Virus record (IMG/VR): IMGVR_UViG_2756170199_000003
Coordinates: 32,001 to 96,000 of that record
Reading direction: 5' to 3' (one strand)
DNA length: 64,000 bases
Source: a virus
Taxonomy: Duplodnaviria; Caudoviricetes
The position numbers and the translations under genes were made by a program. Of the stretch, positions 9,475-19,252 are shown piece after piece (position 1 is the stretch's first letter; each line of letters opens with the position of its first letter). Below the pieces are notes generated by a model. That model saw nothing but the letters and a program-made list of their open reading frames with translations. It searched no databases and had not been told where the DNA came from.

Positions 9475-9861
9475 ATGGATGTACAGCAACTTGTTTCTGA
9501 ATTTCTGGCTTCGGAGCATGGCAGCCAGGCTACCCAGGCGCTCTCGGCCCAAGGCATCGGTGCTGACGATGCACAACAGATTCTGGGCCAGGCGGCCGCG
9601 ACCGCGCACGCGCACGGTGAAGAAGGCGGTGGCCTGATGGGCGAACATGCCGGCCGGAGTTTTTTCTCAGCCTTCGCAGCGGGCCTGGTCCGGGGAGACG
9701 GATTTATGAAATCGATGATGGATGGCGGCCAGGGCGTTCTGGCCGGACGGGTCGCTGAGTCGCTGGCCGACAGAATGGGCATTGACCCTTCCATCGCGTC
9801 CACCTTGTCGGCAGCCGCTACGCCATACCTCGTGGCATTCCTGAAAGAAAAGTTTGGCTGA
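9475..9861 (+). CDS. Small bacterial-type hypothetical protein
   Basis: 128-aa Gly/Ala-rich ORF with AAGGTG RBS. Confidence 0.6.
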   Translation: MDVQQLVSEFLASEHGSQATQALSAQGIGADDAQQILGQAAATAHAHGEEGGGLMGEHAGRSFFSAFAAGLVRGDGFMKSMMDGGQGVLAGRVAESLADRMGIDPSIASTLSAAATPYLVAFLKEKFG

Positions 9862-9896
9862 AGTCATTGCGCACGTACCCTTCCGACCCGTGAAGA

Positions 9897-11555
9897 TCAA
9901 GGTATCACCCTCAGGTTCGAGTACGTGCCGGCGCTGATGCAGATATCGTCTCCCGCCTGAACCACCGTCGCATACCGGAAAGCCCGCTCCGATTCGGGCC
10001 ACGTGACGAGGGTGATCTTCGGGCTGGCTTTCTCCAGTCGCTTGAGCGAATTGCGGTTGAGCAGATCGATACCGAGCGTCAGCGTCACGGGAATCGTCCC
10101 TGTAACAGGCGCTGCCCCGTTCTCGCCGCCTACGGCGTAGTTCGCCATAACGTTCAACGCGGCAAAGCCCACGCCGAATTCTGGCCGCAGCTCTGTCACC
10201 GTAGCGGCCTCCCCTTTCCTGCCGGCGGGCTTTTCCTTCTTCTCGTAGAGGTTCTCCGTGAGATCGGTCGTCGTGATGGCCGCATCGCGCGTCTCGTACT
10301 GACGCAGGCGTTCGATGAGCCCCGACACGGCCGTAATGGCGCGCATCGCAATGCGCGGCGGCCGGCACTCGCGCGAGAGCGGTTTGTGCGTGTGCCCCCC
10401 GGGCTCCTCGTCCAGGCAGTTCAGGTCAAGCCGCCATGCGCTCGGCCGCAGCAACGCCGCGGTACCCCACGCGACAAGTTCACGGTGCGTCGTCGCGCTG
10501 TAAAGCTGATCCAGTCGCACAATGACGATAGCGTCGAATCCCCCAGCCAGTTCCGTCGTGTAGTTGCGCACGAGCTCAATCGCCGTGTCCGGCATCGCCA
10601 GTCTCACCACCGTATGCGCACCATCGCTCATGCGCTTGCCGAGCAGTTCGTCTTCCTTGCCGTGATCCCCGAGATAGTAGACGCCCGGCTGCTGGTACTG
10701 TGCCACGGTATTGAAGTAGAGACACCGGTTCGCGAGCATCGGATGACGGCCGGTATCGTACTTCCAGTACCCCTGCGCGGCGCTTGAACTGACCTCGTTC
10801 CGGGAGATGCCCTGTGCCGAGAGCGCGACGCCGATGGTGGCCAGCTTGTCGGCGAGCACGTTGCCCAGATGATGGCTGTGACTTTTGACCCACGCAAATT
10901 TAACGTCCACGGCGTGCTCGACCAGACGCGCACGCGCGGCCGCCAGTTCCTTCCAGAGCACGACATTGGGCACACTCTCGCCGCCGCGCTTGACCCAGCC
11001 ATTCCTTTCCCAGGTGTCGATCCAGCTCTCCATACCACGACGTACGTATTCGCTGTCGACCCTGACCATGACGCGCTCGACCTCGAAGTCCTGCGCGTAT
11101 TGCAGGGCCCTGACGGCAGCCACCAGTTCTCCGATGTTGTTGGTCAGCTTCTTCTCGCCCGTCGAGAGCATGGACCCATAACCATCAACGTAGTGAACGG
11201 GTGTGACTTCCGCGAGGCCGGCACGTTTTGCTGCATCGTATTTTTCGACATAGCCCTTGCGTGTCAGCAGCCAGCGACCGTTGCCGCTGCCTTTGGCCGG
11301 TTTCGCGTCGGTATAAAGATAGCCGTGAAAGCCCCAGCCAGTCGGGCCGGGATTGGGATTGCTCCCGGCGTCCGTATACAGCACGAGACCCATCGCAACT
11401 TTCGCTATGCCTTCGTCGCGCCCCTCCCCTGTGGCCCTTCCTGCCGGCGCGGCCTCGGGCGTGTCAACCGCGCTTGCATTCTTCTCCGCTTCGTCCGCTG
11501 CTTCTTCCGCTTCGAGCGTCGACACCTCTGCGGCATCCTCGTCCTCTGGAACCAT
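9897..11555 (-). CDS. Ribonuclease H with long C-terminal extension (phiKZ gp155-like)
   Basis: LYTDAGSNPNPGPTGWG, TNNIGELVA, VDSEYV, NVVLWKEL, WVKSHSHHLGNVLADKLA. Confidence 0.9.
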   Translation of the reverse strand: MVPEDEDAAEVSTLEAEEAADEAEKNASAVDTPEAAPAGRATGEGRDEGIAKVAMGLVLYTDAGSNPNPGPTGWGFHGYLYTDAKPAKGSGNGRWLLTRKGYVEKYDAAKRAGLAEVTPVHYVDGYGSMLSTGEKKLTNNIGELVAAVRALQYAQDFEVERVMVRVDSEYVRRGMESWIDTWERNGWVKRGGESVPNVVLWKELAAARARLVEHAVDVKFAWVKSHSHHLGNVLADKLATIGVALSAQGISRNEVSSSAAQGYWKYDTGRHPMLANRCLYFNTVAQYQQPGVYYLGDHGKEDELLGKRMSDGAHTVVRLAMPDTAIELVRNYTTELAGGFDAIVIVRLDQLYSATTHRELVAWGTAALLRPSAWRLDLNCLDEEPGGHTHKPLSRECRPPRIAMRAITAVSGLIERLRQYETRDAAITTTDLTENLYEKKEKPAGRKGEAATVTELRPEFGVGFAALNVMANYAVGGENGAAPVTGTIPVTLTLGIDLLNRNSLKRLEKASPKITLVTWPESERAFRYATVVQAGDDICISAGTYSNLRVIP

Positions 11556-11606
11556 CGCAGCTCCCTATCCGGTCATGACTACACCATGCCCGGCCCCGGT
11601 AACGTT

Positions 11607-12161
11607 TTACGGGCCGGTGTGGCCAGCCGGACCCGGATCGCCATGACAGCGCTGCCGGTAGTCCCGATACGCGCCGTCGAACGTATTGCGCAGACGCAGG
11701 ATGTAGCGATGCAGCTCGACGATGTGCCTTTCAGCAATCGCGAGTGCAGCGGTGGTGTCGCCCGGCCGTAGGGCGTCGAGCTCCTTCAGGGGTGCGCCGG
11801 GCACTTCAGGCAGTGCGGGCATCACAAAGCCCGGACAGACGACGGGGGATATTGACGCAGAGTCCGGTGACGTATGCGTACGCGCAAGGCGTTGCGATTT
11901 GCGCATGGCAGACGGACGCGCAGCAGCGCGCGGCCCGGACGCGTCAGATGAGGACGCGATCGGCGAAATGAGGACAACCATCGCTGTCGGAACCGGACTG
12001 GTGGCGGGGGCCGGAGTGGCTGTGGGGGCGGTAGCGGAAACAGAAGCGGCAGCAGGTGTGGGCTGACTGGCTGTCTCGATGGTGATACATCCAGCCAGCA
12101 GCATAAGCGAGCCAACTATCGCGAGTGCCATACCGGAGGAAAACGGTGCGTGCTCAAGCAT
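11607..12161 (-). CDS. Putative lipoprotein, o-spanin-like
   Basis: Lipobox LLAGC after a hydrophobic stretch; Pro-rich body and terminal Cys. Confidence 0.55.
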   Translation of the reverse strand: MLEHAPFSSGMALAIVGSLMLLAGCITIETASQPTPAAASVSATAPTATPAPATSPVPTAMVVLISPIASSSDASGPRAAARPSAMRKSQRLARTHTSPDSASISPVVCPGFVMPALPEVPGAPLKELDALRPGDTTAALAIAERHIVELHRYILRLRNTFDGAYRDYRQRCHGDPGPAGHTGP

Positions 12162-12180
12162 GGACGGGCCTCTTGCCAGG

Positions 12181-12609
12181 TCAGTTTTCAGGTGTCCAGT
12201 CGGTGAGTGCCGCGCGCAGTTGCGCGCGCGGGTCTACAGCGCCCGAGCCCGTGCCAGAACCCGTCGGTTCGGCGAGTGTGCGACCGGTCGCATTGCCGGC
12301 AGGCAGCTCCCCCGTATGGTCCTGCCCCTGGAGCTTCTCGAGTTCCGCATGTTCCTTCTGGTATTTCGTTTCGAGGTCCTGATAAGTGCGCTGAAGTCTC
12401 ACGTAGCTCAGGAGGATCGACACGAACCGTGCATCCACGCCGACACTGATCGCGCTGAAAACGAGGCTGGCCATCACGACGATGCTGAAGACCGCGCGTC
12501 GGCGGTTGACCCGCAGAACCTTCATGAAGGATTCGTCGTTGAGGACCATCTCCCGCACGATCGACCAGGCCGAAGTGAAGAGCTTCGTCACGGACTCGAT
12601 AAAGGGCAT
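12181..12609 (-). CDS. Single-TM membrane protein with coiled coil, i-spanin-like
   Basis: RRR followed by AVFSIVVMASLVFSAISVGV and a heptad-like segment; directly upstream of the lipoprotein. Confidence 0.5.
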   Translation of the reverse strand: MPFIESVTKLFTSAWSIVREMVLNDESFMKVLRVNRRRAVFSIVVMASLVFSAISVGVDARFVSILLSYVRLQRTYQDLETKYQKEHAELEKLQGQDHTGELPAGNATGRTLAEPTGSGTGSGAVDPRAQLRAALTDWTPEN

Positions 12610-12620
12610 GCCGCACCTCG

Positions 12621-12629
12621 AATTTTATG
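12621..12629 (+). promoter_or_regulatory. Candidate late promoter AATTTTATG
   Basis: Same motif as at 7594; upstream of the 12702 structural gene. Confidence 0.5.
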
Positions 12630-12701
12630 GTCCCTGGAATACGGGGACGCTGGATACCCTGGATGCTCCTCTCACGACAATCTGGCGGGGGTGCGAACGC
12701 G

Positions 12702-14081
12702 ATGTATCTGCTCAAAGGTTTCATCAACAATTCGAAACTCGCAAGCGCCGCCGCCGCGGGCACGCTTGCCGTGATCGGCGCACTCTCGGAGCAGTCGAGC
12801 ACCTACGCCATCACGAAATCCATGTTCTTTCAGGAGTCGAGCCCCGACCTTTTCTTCGTGAGCTTTACGAGTGCGGATGACACGGGCGCCGTGCCGGCGC
12901 CCGCCGGCATTGCGACACAGGTCCTGAATTTTGCAGCGTGGGTGTATGCGCAGACCCAGGCAATTCCGAACCCTGGAGAGATTGCCGCGCAGACGCTGCT
13001 CAACGGCCTGCTCAGCGCATTTCAGACCGAGGCGCAGAATTTCACGTGTGGAAACATGGTGACCGATGGCACGTACTGGGTGCCGGAGTGGCTTGAATGG
13101 GAGAACATCACCGATCCGCTCTATGGATCTCTCACGACCGGCACCACATGCCTCATCCGCATCTGGTTCACCGACAGCGCGTTCGCCGCGCAATACGATG
13201 ACTACACGATCCTGATCGTTCCGCCCATCCAGAACCTCGACGACTTCTTCACGACCTCGTCGAACGTGGCGGCGCTGATCGCAGCACAGAGCTATACCGA
13301 CACCATTGCGCTGGTGAACGCTGCGCGCGGCAACTATCCGGAGACGATGATCGAGGCGCAGAGTTTTAACTACATCGATCCGAACAACGCGCAGAACATC
13401 ATCCCGACCAACTGGACAATCCTGATCTACGGGCTCGCTGGCAACAACATCGATTCGATCGCCAATGCGATCATCGACTTCATTCTCGCGAACAGCACGC
13501 ACGATCAGGCAGACTGGGAAGCGATCCTGCCGGATATCTTCCGGCGTACCGAGTTCACGCTCGTGCCGATGTGGGACCAGTTTGCAATTCCGGACCGCAG
13601 CCAGCAACGCGGCATCTATTCACCCGTCGCCAATCTCACGCGTGCCAATGCCATGATCAGCCAGGTCGCGAGCTATGGTGCGAGTCATATCAATTCCAAC
13701 GCCTGCGTGCAGACCGTGCCGTACAAATCGGTGGCACTCGTGAGCTGCGGCTCGCCCAACAACAGGAACAACGCGTTCCAGATCGTCGACGTCTTCCCCG
13801 ATATCCTGCCGGTGCCCTCACAGAGCGTGGATTTCAACCGTATGGCGGTGGCCACCCAGAACTTCCTGCTGCTCGTGGTGAGCATGCTCAAGAGTGCGGA
13901 GACGCTGACGCAGTTTGCGAGCGTACCGGCCGGCATGACCAAGCTCATGCGTAACAACATCCTGTATCTGGTGACGAGCTACGAGAACATCAGCTATCTG
14001 ATGGCCACCCAGTCGAATTTCCCCCTGTCCGGTGTGCCGGCCCCTGAGCAACCGGCTGGGACCGGCTCTTCGACTTCCTGA
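12702..14081 (+). CDS. Virion structural protein (phiKZ gp157-like)
   Basis: MYLLKGF...IGALS..S.TY, IRIWF.D.AF..QYDDY.I..VPP, W..I.PDIF..TEF; position after RNase H matches phiKZ-like order. Confidence 0.7.
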   Translation: MYLLKGFINNSKLASAAAAGTLAVIGALSEQSSTYAITKSMFFQESSPDLFFVSFTSADDTGAVPAPAGIATQVLNFAAWVYAQTQAIPNPGEIAAQTLLNGLLSAFQTEAQNFTCGNMVTDGTYWVPEWLEWENITDPLYGSLTTGTTCLIRIWFTDSAFAAQYDDYTILIVPPIQNLDDFFTTSSNVAALIAAQSYTDTIALVNAARGNYPETMIEAQSFNYIDPNNAQNIIPTNWTILIYGLAGNNIDSIANAIIDFILANSTHDQADWEAILPDIFRRTEFTLVPMWDQFAIPDRSQQRGIYSPVANLTRANAMISQVASYGASHINSNACVQTVPYKSVALVSCGSPNNRNNAFQIVDVFPDILPVPSQSVDFNRMAVATQNFLLLVVSMLKSAETLTQFASVPAGMTKLMRNNILYLVTSYENISYLMATQSNFPLSGVPAPEQPAGTGSSTS

Positions 14082-14092
14082 TCGGGTGCGCG

Positions 14093-15412
14093 ATGACGAC
14101 ACCCCTGAATCCGAACATAGGCGCATCGGGTCTGTGGTCGCTGGTCGCGCCCTTCGACCAGTTGCTGCTGCCCGATGTGGCCTACAGCTGCGTGGCAGTT
14201 CGCCTGCTCGCCGATATCATCGCCTCGGGCGGCGACCCGTTCACGCTTTATTACGAGCCGCAAAATCTTGCGCAGACCGACTATCAGAATGATGTCGCCG
14301 CGGGTGCGACGATCGTGTCTTTGCAGGCCACGGGTGGCAACTGGCTTCATGTGCCCAGCACGTATATCAGCCAGATGCCCAACGCGAACAACATCCCGTA
14401 CCGGGGAATCGTGCTGGGCGTGAATCTGGGGGCGCTACCCGATTCGCTCGACCTCACCTATCTGAAATCGCAGGTGAGCGCCGTGGTACAGGACACGATT
14501 GGCGTTCTTCCTGCCGCAGTCACATCGCTTGCCGTGACACCAAAGACGCTCATCAGCCCTGCGGAAGACACGTCGATCACCGCGAGCCGCCAGGCACTGA
14601 TGGCAGCCAATGGCACGCCTACCGCGCAACTCATCGCGGCGCGCGCGCAGATCGCCACGCTGCAACAGCAGATCGCGGCGCTCTCGCAGTTCATCCAGGG
14701 GTTGATCGATGACGGCACAATTCCCGGTGCCAGCATTCCGGGACCCGGCGATGGTGGAGATGGCACCGAAGTCGTGCCGGGGGTGACCGCGACCTTTGAC
14801 CCTGAATTGCTGCCCGACGGCATGGATCTCGCGAACAGCAGCATGACAGTGATCGCGACGCTCAACGAGTGGCTGACCGCGCGCACGACCTACGGGCAGG
14901 TGTCAGGCTACTTCTATGCCGAGGCGACCTACGATCGTCTGACTGGTGCAACGGGGTTCGGACTGGTGAACCAGTTTGGCGCGCCGGTGGGAGAACTCGG
15001 CGCAGACGCGAACAGCATCATGGCGTTCACCAACGTGGCCAAAGCCACGAGCGGCGTCTATTACCTGGGCGGCCTCGTCTCCTCGATCGGTGCGCAACCC
15101 CCATCGCAGGGCATGACGCTCGGGATGGCGGTCAATCTTGTCGACAGGCTCGTGTGGTTCTACAACCCGGTCACACAGCAATGGAACGGCGGCACGCTGA
15201 CGAACCAGAACCCCGTTGGCAATCTTGGCGGCGTATCCATCGATAGCATCTGTGTGCACAGCGGGCAGGCCGCCCAGGTGTTTCCTGCGGCCTCGACCTG
15301 GCAGGTCGCCGATCAGGTGACGTTCAATCCCGGCACCAGTGCGTTCGTGAACGCCGTGCCGGACGGCTACATGCCGTGGAACACCCAGGCTGGCTCAGTC
15401 TCGACGGATTGA
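14093..15412 (+). CDS. Phage structural protein N-domain + coiled coil + SPRY/ConA-like C-domain
   Basis: The N-terminal GLWSL.APF...AVR.L.D....G.DPF..YY segment is phage-like. The C-terminal SGYFYAE, TLGMAVNLVDRLVWF, VFPA, TFNPG...F...VPDGY pattern is SPRY-like. Confidence 0.6.
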   Translation: MTTPLNPNIGASGLWSLVAPFDQLLLPDVAYSCVAVRLLADIIASGGDPFTLYYEPQNLAQTDYQNDVAAGATIVSLQATGGNWLHVPSTYISQMPNANNIPYRGIVLGVNLGALPDSLDLTYLKSQVSAVVQDTIGVLPAAVTSLAVTPKTLISPAEDTSITASRQALMAANGTPTAQLIAARAQIATLQQQIAALSQFIQGLIDDGTIPGASIPGPGDGGDGTEVVPGVTATFDPELLPDGMDLANSSMTVIATLNEWLTARTTYGQVSGYFYAEATYDRLTGATGFGLVNQFGAPVGELGADANSIMAFTNVAKATSGVYYLGGLVSSIGAQPPSQGMTLGMAVNLVDRLVWFYNPVTQQWNGGTLTNQNPVGNLGGVSIDSICVHSGQAAQVFPAASTWQVADQVTFNPGTSAFVNAVPDGYMPWNTQAGSVSTD

Positions 15413-15443
15413 TGGACAGGCTGCGGCTGCGGCTGCGGAATCG

Positions 15444-16748
15444 TCACTGAACGAAGGCTGCATCCTCAACCTCACCGTCCTTATCGTATCGCAGTGCAAG
15501 GCTCACGTCACCGTTGCCATGCGTGAGCTGCTGCGTGCTTTGATCAAGCTTCTGCATGAGCCCGGCAAAATTCGACGTCTGAACACTCGCCTCTGCCCCC
15601 AGTTCATTCGCCAACCGATAAATTTCCGTCCTCCGGTAATCGACCAGCTCGGTCTTCTCGGTGCGGGACTTCTCTAGCAGCTGATTGGCTTTCCCAATCA
15701 CCGCGTTGCGGAACGCATCCACCAGGTTGAGCCACTCCTCGAGTTCGGGGCGCATGCGCGTATATTTGCGCCCTGTCGGATCAAGGTACGTGACGATCAT
15801 GTTCGACACAGCAGCCAGCTGCAACAACAGTCCATAACGTACAAGCAGCGGCTGAATATTGCGCACCAGCTCGCGAAGCTCCTTGTGCGTGTTAGTCGTG
15901 CCGAATGTGTCCTTGTCCGTCAGGTTCCTGATGCGCCGGGTCAAATCAACGAGGTCCCCCTGAACCTTGTTGCGCCAGGCGAATCCCTGATGATTGATGC
16001 TCTCGATCACATGGGACTTTTCGCTCGAGACTTCGATGGGTCGATGTCCATCCTTCATGTGCTGCGCGATTTCGCTCAGGTACGCGATGGCGCCAGAAAT
16101 GTTGGCCTGGTCTGCAGCCTCAAGTCGCTCGATCAGCTCGGAAATACCGCTTTTGATTTTGCCGAGACTGCGCTCGATATCCGCAAGATGGGCCTGGGCC
16201 ACCGCGATGCTCACGAGCTGGAATGCCCCGACTGCGAGTTGACGGGCAGAACCCGCCTGCACAATCCGCCCCTTGCCCGCGACCTGTCCGGTCACGTCGA
16301 CAGCGTCGGCCAGAACCTCTCCCGACTTTGTCTTCATGAGCGTATAGGTTCCATCCTTGAGTCCCTGCGCGATTTCCGGTTTGAAGACCAGGCGTATGGT
16401 CTTGCCGGGGATACTCGCCCCCGCTTTCAGGAAATCGGAAGCAAGATGCCCCAGTCTGTCGATCTCCTCACTCGACGAATCGAGCCGTCGCGCAGTAAAC
16501 GGTATACCGGATATCTGCTCAACGTTCATCACGACAACGCCCTCGGAATCAACGAGCTCGACGTCGTGAAACGCCTCCTGCACGGGCGGCGCAGGAACCG
16601 GATCGGCTTCAGCCGGAACCACCTCGACGGGAGCTGCGGCAACGGTGCGAGCATCACTACGTTGAGGAGCCCGCCGCTGGCCAGCCTTGTAGGCGAGAAA
16701 AACAGCGACGAGAGCGATCAGCACGATCGCGACGATTACAGTTGTCAC
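15444..16748 (-). CDS. N-terminally membrane-anchored hypothetical protein of bacterial type
   Basis: GTG start, one TM helix, helical body with FQLVSIAVAQAHLADI; codon style appears to differ from flanking phage genes. Confidence 0.7.
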   Translation of the reverse strand: MTTVIVAIVLIALVAVFLAYKAGQRRAPQRSDARTVAAAPVEVVPAEADPVPAPPVQEAFHDVELVDSEGVVVMNVEQISGIPFTARRLDSSSEEIDRLGHLASDFLKAGASIPGKTIRLVFKPEIAQGLKDGTYTLMKTKSGEVLADAVDVTGQVAGKGRIVQAGSARQLAVGAFQLVSIAVAQAHLADIERSLGKIKSGISELIERLEAADQANISGAIAYLSEIAQHMKDGHRPIEVSSEKSHVIESINHQGFAWRNKVQGDLVDLTRRIRNLTDKDTFGTTNTHKELRELVRNIQPLLVRYGLLLQLAAVSNMIVTYLDPTGRKYTRMRPELEEWLNLVDAFRNAVIGKANQLLEKSRTEKTELVDYRRTEIYRLANELGAEASVQTSNFAGLMQKLDQSTQQLTHGNGDVSLALRYDKDGEVEDAAFVQ

Positions 16749-16905
16749 AGCAACATCCCCGAAGATTTCTTGTGATCCGGTCTTGTCTGCCTGGTCCGGT
16801 TCGCAGGAGGTCCTTGTTTAAACGAGTCCACAGTTTGCCAGAAGATGACTCAGCCAGTCACAAACGATCCACCCCGCATATGGGTGTGCGCGTTTGTCGC
16901 GAGCG

Positions 16906-19176
16906 TCAGATTTTCGTATCGATTCCCTTGAAGAATCCCGAAATCAGACGCGCGGGCATGATGTCCCCCGCGAAGCTCGCCCAATGCGCAGGCGACATCC
17001 ATGATCGCCACTGCGCCATCTGCATGGTGAGATTGAGCTTCAGTCGCCGGAACACATAAATCTGGTCGGCGAGACCCAACCCGCCCAGTACCGCCATGTA
17101 GTCGGTGAAGGGGTTATCGCCGTCAAAGATGTTGTCGAGCGACGTCGCCACATTCGACACCGTATCGACGACTGTCCCGAGCGCCGCGCCCGCCACCGAC
17201 ATGGCCGTCGCTGCCGGAAGTGCCGCCGCAGCGGCGCCTGCTCCGCCCGCCACCGCGCCCACTGGCCCCGCCACTGCGCCCCCGCCGACTGCCCCAGCCA
17301 CAGCTGCCGCGCCTTCCGTGACCGCAAATCCGAGACTCGCGCCCGTCTGTGCCGCCGCCGTACTCAGGCCCTGGCTGATGGGCAGATACACCAGCGATGA
17401 GAGGTCCGCGACCGTGAACGTCACGTCAATGCCCAGTGCCCTGCCCTCACTATTGAAGCCGAGGTTGCCTGTGCCGCGCGTCACCGACAGACTGTCGATG
17501 ATACCGAGCCGGATCTGGCAGCGGCCGCGGTCATACAGCTCACAGATAAATGGCGCCGTGTAGGACTGACGACCCGTGGCGAGCGGCAGCGCGCCGGCGA
17601 TCAGCATCGCGAGCGGAATATAGAGATTGATGAGCTGCGAAACCGGATTGCCATAGGGGCTCACCAGGTTCACCGTATAGCTCGTTCTGGCGAGCGTTGC
17701 GGATGCCGACTGCCAGTGGCGTGGAATATCAACAAAGGCTGAGCCTCCGAGCGCGGCCAGCCCCGAGAGCCCCATGCCGCCCGCGATGCCCGCGGCGAAA
17801 TCCATTGCGTCGTTGACCGCAGTGCCGACGAGTCCGAGCACCCCGCCGCTTGCGAGATTGCCACCCGCTGCATCGAAGCGCGTGGTCCGAGCCTGACTCG
17901 ACATGCTGTTGATCTTGTTCGCGATCTCGGAATCCGCAGTCTGATTCTGGAACGAGTCGGTCACCGAGCCCGTTGCGTTCACGCGGAAGCTGACGAAGGA
18001 ACCGCCGTCATTGAGCTCCGCATTCAGGAAATCGAAGAAGCCGGCGTTATCGCTCTGGGACTGCGAGAAATTCTCGGTAACCGAGTCGAGCGTCGCGTTA
18101 TCCTGCGTCTGGGTGACGGTTGACGACGCGCCCGATGTATCGGTGCTGGTTGTGCCGGTGGAGTCTGCTGGCGCGCTTGTGCCTGCCGCACTATCGTCCC
18201 CTCCGCCGGATGGCTTCACCTGCGCATTGGCGACGGTGCCGAACCACTGCGAGATGTAGTCGCTGAACGAGCGTGCGCCTGTATCGGTCAGCTTGTTGCC
18301 TGGACTGAAGATGCCCTGAATGACCGAGGACAGGTTCTGGCTCGTCAGCGCCCCGGTATCCATGGCGGCCTGATACATCGCGGTCTGCTTCGCCTCAAGG
18401 CGCCTTGCACGCGTGGACATCTTGTACACATCGATACCGCCACCATCGAAGAAGATGTCCGGCCACGCCGCCTGCATTTGTGCAATGGCTGCTGCATCAA
18501 ACTGGTACTGGTCACCAAGCCCCGGAATGTTCGTCACGTCGGCGCCCACCACCGCCTCACCCGCGCGAGGAATCACGCCGAGATTCACTGCGATCTGGTT
18601 GACGATGGTCTGCACAATCTGCCAGTAGACCGGCATCGTGCGCTTGAGGTAATAGAACTTCGATGAGGGCTTGTTCATCAGGAAATTCAGCCCAACGCCT
18701 GCCAGATGAAACGCGAGCAGTCTCCAGCTCATCAGCGACACGACGAAGCCGGCCGCTTTCCCCAATGTGTAAAAGAAGGTCGTGCCGCGTCCGGTTCTCG
18801 CGAGCACGCCAGCCCCACTGTTGTAGAAGGACGTAAAGAACTGTGTGAGCGAGTTGAACTGCGGGACACCAAAGCTCATGTGAATGACCTGGGCGTGATC
18901 GTCGATCGCCTCGCTGTAATAGATGCCAAGGCCGTTGCTGCCATTCAGGCGCGAAGGCGCTTTCGGGTCGGCGTAGCGTGTGAACTGTGGCGGCGGATTG
19001 ATGGCGATGTTGCCGCCCGGGCGTGTGTCGACATACTTGAGTGCAGCACTCGTAAAAAAGCGGTTTGAGGCATCGGCGCTGCCGGTCGCGAAATACGATG
19101 AAGGCACGAGAAACGATTGCCTCACCCAGCTCACATCGCTGCCCTGAATATCGAGCGTGTTCAGGTTGGTAATCAT
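16906..19176 (-). CDS. Virion/baseplate-region protein (phiKZ gp182-like)
   Basis: KYVDTRPGGNIAINPPPQFTRYADP, YYSEAIDD, FGVPQFNSL, SYTAPFICE; directly downstream of the gp181-like gene. Start set at MITNLN. Confidence 0.75.
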   Translation of the reverse strand: MITNLNTLDIQGSDVSWVRQSFLVPSSYFATGSADASNRFFTSAALKYVDTRPGGNIAINPPPQFTRYADPKAPSRLNGSNGLGIYYSEAIDDHAQVIHMSFGVPQFNSLTQFFTSFYNSGAGVLARTGRGTTFFYTLGKAAGFVVSLMSWRLLAFHLAGVGLNFLMNKPSSKFYYLKRTMPVYWQIVQTIVNQIAVNLGVIPRAGEAVVGADVTNIPGLGDQYQFDAAAIAQMQAAWPDIFFDGGGIDVYKMSTRARRLEAKQTAMYQAAMDTGALTSQNLSSVIQGIFSPGNKLTDTGARSFSDYISQWFGTVANAQVKPSGGGDDSAAGTSAPADSTGTTSTDTSGASSTVTQTQDNATLDSVTENFSQSQSDNAGFFDFLNAELNDGGSFVSFRVNATGSVTDSFQNQTADSEIANKINSMSSQARTTRFDAAGGNLASGGVLGLVGTAVNDAMDFAAGIAGGMGLSGLAALGGSAFVDIPRHWQSASATLARTSYTVNLVSPYGNPVSQLINLYIPLAMLIAGALPLATGRQSYTAPFICELYDRGRCQIRLGIIDSLSVTRGTGNLGFNSEGRALGIDVTFTVADLSSLVYLPISQGLSTAAAQTGASLGFAVTEGAAAVAGAVGGGAVAGPVGAVAGGAGAAAAALPAATAMSVAGAALGTVVDTVSNVATSLDNIFDGDNPFTDYMAVLGGLGLADQIYVFRRLKLNLTMQMAQWRSWMSPAHWASFAGDIMPARLISGFFKGIDTKI

Positions 19177-19194
19177 GTCGTAGTCCTGAATGAT

Positions 19195-19235
19195 GGAAAG
19201 TCTCCGCGCGGCATGGAGATGCGCGGAGACTTTCC
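19195..19235. repeat. 15-bp inverted repeat between the gp181-like and gp182-like genes
   Basis: GGAAAGTCTCCGCGC / GCGCGGAGACTTTCC with an 11-nt loop. Confidence 0.75.
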
Positions 19236-19252
19236 GGGGCTTGCTGCCTGGG

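Noticed and set aside
15419-15438. GGCTGC hexamer repeat after the SPRY-fusion gene
   Set aside because: Only about three copies of a short GC-rich unit; there is no support for a function.
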